Source: Chthoniobacteraceae bacterium
Lineage (GTDB): Bacteria > Verrucomicrobiota > Verrucomicrobiia > Chthoniobacterales > Chthoniobacteraceae
NCBI GenBank assembly: GCA_031409655.1
Contig: JANNXQ010000131.1
Span: forward strand, 1 to 61,271
Direction of reading: 5' to 3'
DNA length: 61,271 nucleotides
Position numbers and translations under genes: made by a program. This document shows positions 57,084-61,271 of this stretch, piece after piece (the stretch's first letter is position 1; each line of letters starts with the position of its first letter). Below the pieces are notes generated by a model. It was not told the DNA's origin. It saw only the letters and a list, made by a program, of their open reading frames with translations, and searched no databases.

Positions 57084-58856
57084 ATGAGAAACCTCCTAAC
57101 CGCTTTCTTCCTCGCCATCTCTTGCCCCCCGCTTTTCGCCGAGCCAAAGCCCAACCTCATTCTCATCTACACCGACGACCACGGGCACGCCGATCTCGGC
57201 ATCCTTGGCGTGATGAAGGATCTCAAGACGCCAAATCTCGATGCGCTCGCCCGGAGCGGAGTGGTCGCGACGCATGGCTACAGCACCGCACCGCAGTGCG
57301 TGCCGTCGCGCGGCGGTTTGATGACGGGGAGGTTCCAGGGCCGCTTCGATCTTGATAACAATGGCTCCGCGCTTGATGGCTTCAATAAGGAGACCACCAT
57401 CGCGACGCGATTGCAGAAGGCGGGCTATGCCACCGCCCAGTTCGGCAAGTGGCACCTCGGTCCCACGGAGGCGATCACGAAGCACGGCTTCCAGCATGTG
57501 TTTTCGCAGAACGCCCAGCGCCCTTTTTCGGCCAACATCACGCTCGACGGCAAAGACCAACCGATGGGCGACCTTCTACCGACGGCGTATCACATCGACG
57601 GCTGCTCAAAGGCCGCTGCATCAGTGATCGAACGCTACCACGATCAACCTTTCTTCCTTTACGTCGCTTATCGCGGTCCCCACACCCCACTGGATGCGCC
57701 CCAGCGTTACATGGACCGTTTCCCCGGCAAGATGCCAGAACGCCGCCGCGCTGCACTCGCCATGCTCGCCGCCATCGACGACGGCGTGGGGCTCATCACG
57801 AGCACCTTGAAGAAACACAACCTGACCGAGAAGACGCTTATCTTCTTCATCGGCGACAACGGCGCTCCGCTCAAGATTCACAAAGTGGACTCGCCTCTTA
57901 ATGGTGACGCTGGCGGCTGGGACGGCAGCCTGAACACGCCGCTCAACGGCGAGAAAGGCATGTTGGCCGAAGGCGGCGTGTCCACGCCCTTCCTCATCGC
58001 GTGGCCCGGCACCATCCCTGGTGGCCAGACCTACGCTCATCCCGTCAGCGCCCTCGATGTCGCGGCGACTGCCGCCGCCATTTCGAAACTCGAAGTGAAT
58101 GCTGGCGACCTCGATGGCGTGAATCTTCTCCCGCATCTCACCGGCGAAATCAAAGCCCCGCCACACGACGCGCTCTATTGGCGTTGGCTGGCCCAAAGCG
58201 CCGTCCGCGAAGGAAATTGGAAACTCCTGCGGGGCGGCGCACGTGAATACCTCTATGACCTCAGCACCGACCGCGAGGAGCAGCACAACCTCGCCGCCAA
58301 ACATCCCGAGATGGCCTCGCGACTCCGCGCCAAACTTAAAACCTGGGCCGACGGCCTCAATCCACCCGGCATGGCCCTTGGCCCGATGGCTGCGACTTGG
58401 AACGATTACTTCGATCATTACCTCGAAGGCAAAACGATCACCAGACCGCCGGGTAACAAAGGCACGAAAGCGGCGCAAGCCGCCACCGCATCACGCACCC
58501 AAGGCTGGATCGCCCGCAACGGCACGCTCACCGAGAAGGATGGCATCCTCGAACTCATGCCGGAAAAGGCGGGAAAAGCTGTTCCGTTCATCGTCCGGAG
58601 TGGCCTCAAACTCCCCGCACCAGCCACCGTGAAGCTCACGCTCCAAACCACCACGGCCGGCCCCGCCGCGATCGCCTGGCGCATTGACGGCGAAAAGGAT
58701 TTCCTCCCCGCCAATCGCACCACCTTCCCACTCACCGCCTCCGACAAGTGGCAGACCCACGAGATCAAATTGCCCGCCACCCAGACCATCATCCACCTCC
58801 GTGTTCATTTTCCGGAAGGCACCACGCAGATTCGGGAGATTGCATTGAAACCGTGA
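57084..58856 (+). CDS. Exported S1-family sulfatase with C-terminal beta-sandwich extension
   Basis: PNLILIYTDDHG, CVPSR, GKWHLG, GDNG, GEKG.L.EGG, LYDL..D..E..NLA; extra C-terminal domain of about 110 aa. Confidence 0.92.
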   Translation: MRNLLTAFFLAISCPPLFAEPKPNLILIYTDDHGHADLGILGVMKDLKTPNLDALARSGVVATHGYSTAPQCVPSRGGLMTGRFQGRFDLDNNGSALDGFNKETTIATRLQKAGYATAQFGKWHLGPTEAITKHGFQHVFSQNAQRPFSANITLDGKDQPMGDLLPTAYHIDGCSKAAASVIERYHDQPFFLYVAYRGPHTPLDAPQRYMDRFPGKMPERRRAALAMLAAIDDGVGLITSTLKKHNLTEKTLIFFIGDNGAPLKIHKVDSPLNGDAGGWDGSLNTPLNGEKGMLAEGGVSTPFLIAWPGTIPGGQTYAHPVSALDVAATAAAISKLEVNAGDLDGVNLLPHLTGEIKAPPHDALYWRWLAQSAVREGNWKLLRGGAREYLYDLSTDREEQHNLAAKHPEMASRLRAKLKTWADGLNPPGMALGPMAATWNDYFDHYLEGKTITRPPGNKGTKAAQAATASRTQGWIARNGTLTEKDGILELMPEKAGKAVPFIVRSGLKLPAPATVKLTLQTTTAGPAAIAWRIDGEKDFLPANRTTFPLTASDKWQTHEIKLPATQTIIHLRVHFPEGTTQIREIALKP

Positions 58857-58895
58857 GCACGAGCATTCATCGCAGATCGTAATGCCTCATAAGGT

Positions 58896-59891
58896 ATGAA
58901 GCCGCTGATCATCTTCGCCACATGGGTCGTCGTTCTGCACCCGGCCTTTGCCGCATCGCCGGTGACGAAGAATAGTGCCTTGAGCCGCACCGAAGACTTG
59001 TTGCTGCTCGATAACGGGACGGTCAAGATCGGGATCAATCGCGCCATGGGTGCGTCCATCACCTGGCTCTCGTGGGCGGCGTATCCGCAGAACATGATCA
59101 ACTCGGTCGATCCTGGACGGCTCATCCAACAGTCTTACTACGCAGGAAAAAGCCTGGATCGTACCGCCGAAGGACAAAGCAAAGCCTGGAGCCCATGGTC
59201 TTGGAATCCCATTCAGGGTGGCGGAGTTGGCTCATGGGCGCGCGTCACGGAGTCCAAGCGCCTTGATGATGCCACCCTCTACAGCGAAACCATTCCGAAA
59301 CTCTGGGACATGGCCGACGAGGAAGCCGCGGCGCTGATGCGGCAATGGACGGCCTTTGAGCCTGCGATGCCGGATGTGGTCGTGGTGCGTTGCGAGTTGA
59401 TATGCTCCCGCGCGCTCAATGATCGCTGGGGGCCAGCCCGGCTTTCCCCACAGGAGATTCCGGCCTGCTACTTCACGCGTAACTTCAGCACGATCAAAAG
59501 CTACCTTGGCCAAGGGCAGTGGCGTGCCGAACAGCAACCACCCGGCCCGCCTTGGGGCAAGGCAGAGCCACCACTCAAAGCCATGGCTTGCTTCGCCGCC
59601 AATGGTCAGGGGGTCGCCGTTTTCAGCCCCACATCCGCACGCACATGGAACTTTGGACCGCATGGAGCCGGGGCTAGCGATGATCCCGCAGCCGGGCCCT
59701 GCGTCCACGTCGCGCCCCTCGACCGGGTGAACCTCGGCCCGCAATCCGCCTACCGTTACCGTTACTGGCTGGTGGTCGGCACGGAAGCACAGATCGCCGC
59801 ACGTCTTGATCTCCTGTGGCAGAAATATTCCACCGAACGCGCCGAGTTGACCAATCCCGAGAACTCAAGCGTCCCTGTGCTCAAACCATGA
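58896..59891 (+). CDS. Secreted hypothetical protein within the sulfatase cluster
   Basis: Signal peptide, LDNGTVKIG...[29 protein letters not shown] overlap with the next gene. Confidence 0.75.
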   Translation: MKPLIIFATWVVVLHPAFAASPVTKNSALSRTEDLLLLDNGTVKIGINRAMGASITWLSWAAYPQNMINSVDPGRLIQQSYYAGKSLDRTAEGQSKAWSPWSWNPIQGGGVGSWARVTESKRLDDATLYSETIPKLWDMADEEAAALMRQWTAFEPAMPDVVVVRCELICSRALNDRWGPARLSPQEIPACYFTRNFSTIKSYLGQGQWRAEQQPPGPPWGKAEPPLKAMACFAANGQGVAVFSPTSARTWNFGPHGAGASDDPAAGPCVHVAPLDRVNLGPQSAYRYRYWLVVGTEAQIAARLDLLWQKYSTERAELTNPENSSVPVLKP

Positions 59892-61271
59892 AACTCACCA
59901 CATTCGCCTCTCTCTTCCTCTTTGCTTTTGACTCGTCACTCGCCACTGCCGCCACACAGCCGAACGTCGTCTTTATCCTCGCGGATGATCTTGGTTGGAG
60001 TGACACAACGCTCTACGGCACGACGAAGTTTTACCGCACGCCTAACCTCGAGCGTCTCGCAAAACGTGGCATGACCTTCACGCGGGCGTATTCGGCCAGT
60101 CCGCTGTGTTCGCCCACACGTTCGGCAGTTCTCACGGGCCTCAGCCCTGCGCGGACTGGCATCACGACACCGAACCGCCATGTGCCACAGGTCGTTTTGC
60201 AGGCGTCGCCCGGAGTCAAAGCTCCGGCGGACCAAAAGGCCATCCAGCCGCAACCGCCGACTCGGCTGAAGCCGGAGTATCGCACGCTGGCGGAGGCGCT
60301 GAAGGATGCGGGTTATGCCACGGGGCACTTCGGCAAATGGCATCTCGGACCGGAGCCTTACTCGCCTTTGCAGCAAGGCTTCGATGTGGACTTGCCGCAT
60401 ACCGCAGGGCCGGGACCGGCGGGCAGTTACGTCGCGCCGTGGAAGTTCAAGGACTTCGATGCGGACCCCGGTGAACCGAATCAACACATCGAAGATCGCA
60501 TGGCCAAGGAAGCCACGGCGTTCATGGAGAAGCACAAGGACGAGCCATTCTATCTCAACTACTGGATGTTCAGCGTCCACGCGCCCTTCGACGCGAAGAA
60601 GGCGCTCATCGACAAGTATCGGGCGAAAGTGGATCCGAACGATCCGCAACGCAGCCCGACTTATGCGGCGATGGTCGAGAGTATGGACGATGCCATCGGC
60701 ACCCTTCTGGACACGCTCGACCGACTGAAGATCGCCGACCGCACGATCATCATCTTTACCGCGGATAACGGGGGTAACATGTATAGCGAAGTGGACGGCA
60801 CGACGCCAACGAGCAACACGCCCTTGCGCGGTGGTAAAGCGACGATGTTTGAAGGCGGGACGCGCGTGCCTGGAGTGATCGTCTGGCCCGGGATCGCGGC
60901 GGGAGGCAGCCACAGTGACGCCCTGATCCAGAGTGAAGACTATTATCCCTCTTTACTCGAAGGCCTCGGCCTCAAGCCGGCCCCCGGACAGCGTTTCGAC
61001 GGCACCAGTATTCTTCCTGCATTGAAGGGTGACCCGCTCGCGGGGAAGACCACCTTCCAGTACTTCCCCCATAATCCCGGCGTGCCCGATTGGCTCCCGC
61101 CCGCCGTCGCCGTGCATCGCGATGACTGGAAACTGATCCGCATCTTCCACGGCGGAGAGAAAGGTGCGCACCGCTATCTGCTTTTTAATCTGCGCGAAGA
61201 CCTCGGCGAGAAGAACAACCTCGCGGCGGCTCAACCCGCGCGCGTCGCGGAACTCGACGCCTTGATCGAAA
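59888..61271 (+). CDS. Exported S1-family sulfatase (partial, runs off the window; absent from ORF track)
   Basis: MKLTTFASL... [65 protein letters not shown]. Confidence 0.93.
   Translation, partial: MKLTTFASLFLFAFDSSLATAATQPNVVFILADDLGWSDTTLYGTTKFYRTPNLERLAKRGMTFTRAYSASPLCSPTRSAVLTGLSPARTGITTPNRHVPQVVLQASPGVKAPADQKAIQPQPPTRLKPEYRTLAEALKDAGYATGHFGKWHLGPEPYSPLQQGFDVDLPHTAGPGPAGSYVAPWKFKDFDADPGEPNQHIEDRMAKEATAFMEKHKDEPFYLNYWMFSVHAPFDAKKALIDKYRAKVDPNDPQRSPTYAAMVESMDDAIGTLLDTLDRLKIADRTIIIFTADNGGNMYSEVDGTTPTSNTPLRGGKATMFEGGTRVPGVIVWPGIAAGGSHSDALIQSEDYYPSLLEGLGLKPAPGQRFDGTSILPALKGDPLAGKTTFQYFPHNPGVPDWLPPAVAVHRDDWKLIRIFHGGEKGAHRYLLFNLREDLGEKNNLAAAQPARVAELDALIE

Overview
GC-rich bacterial chromosomal segment, most likely Verrucomicrobiota (Chthoniobacter-like). 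This is inferred from a Minf_1886-type protein, a sulfatase array, a PVC-type multiheme cytochrome and a tRNA without encoded CCA. About 45 genes. From left to right: (1) a divergent ArsR / exported rhodanese / PiT-CysP permease locus with a palindromic operator, followed by a tetraheme cytochrome c and a 44-aa Cys-rich lipoprotein missed by the ORF track; (2) envelope-glycan genes (WcaJ-like, GT4, lpxD, LPG-synthase-like, two GT-C-like) around a Ski2-like helicase; (3) tRNA-Leu(TAG), an internally deleted IS5-family element with perfect 16-bp TIRs, prfC, squalene synthase, DUF362, a PG-binding protein, a nonsense-interrupted LMF gene, two paralogous small membrane proteins, EVE and rnpB; (4) a methyltransferase plus Rsm22/METTL17-like gene, FKBP, a decayed ParE-type TA module, a coiled-coil response regulator, rlmN, a flavoprotein, a broken GT41 TPR gene, xylF/xylG without permease, and cobA-hemD; (5) a putative dedicated chaperone triad (GrpE-like + lid-less Hsp70 + degenerate J-domain/TerB-like/FGE-fold protein), the best candidate for an undescribed system; (6) rpsU, a cyclase-STAND-TPR protein, two pilT paralogs and a sulfatase cluster running off the right edge. 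Intergenic DNA carries several 6/7/9-nt-periodic inverted repeats and GGAG-type REP-like palindromes. At least five loci look like deletion scars. All calls come from motif recognition by eye; no database searches were run.
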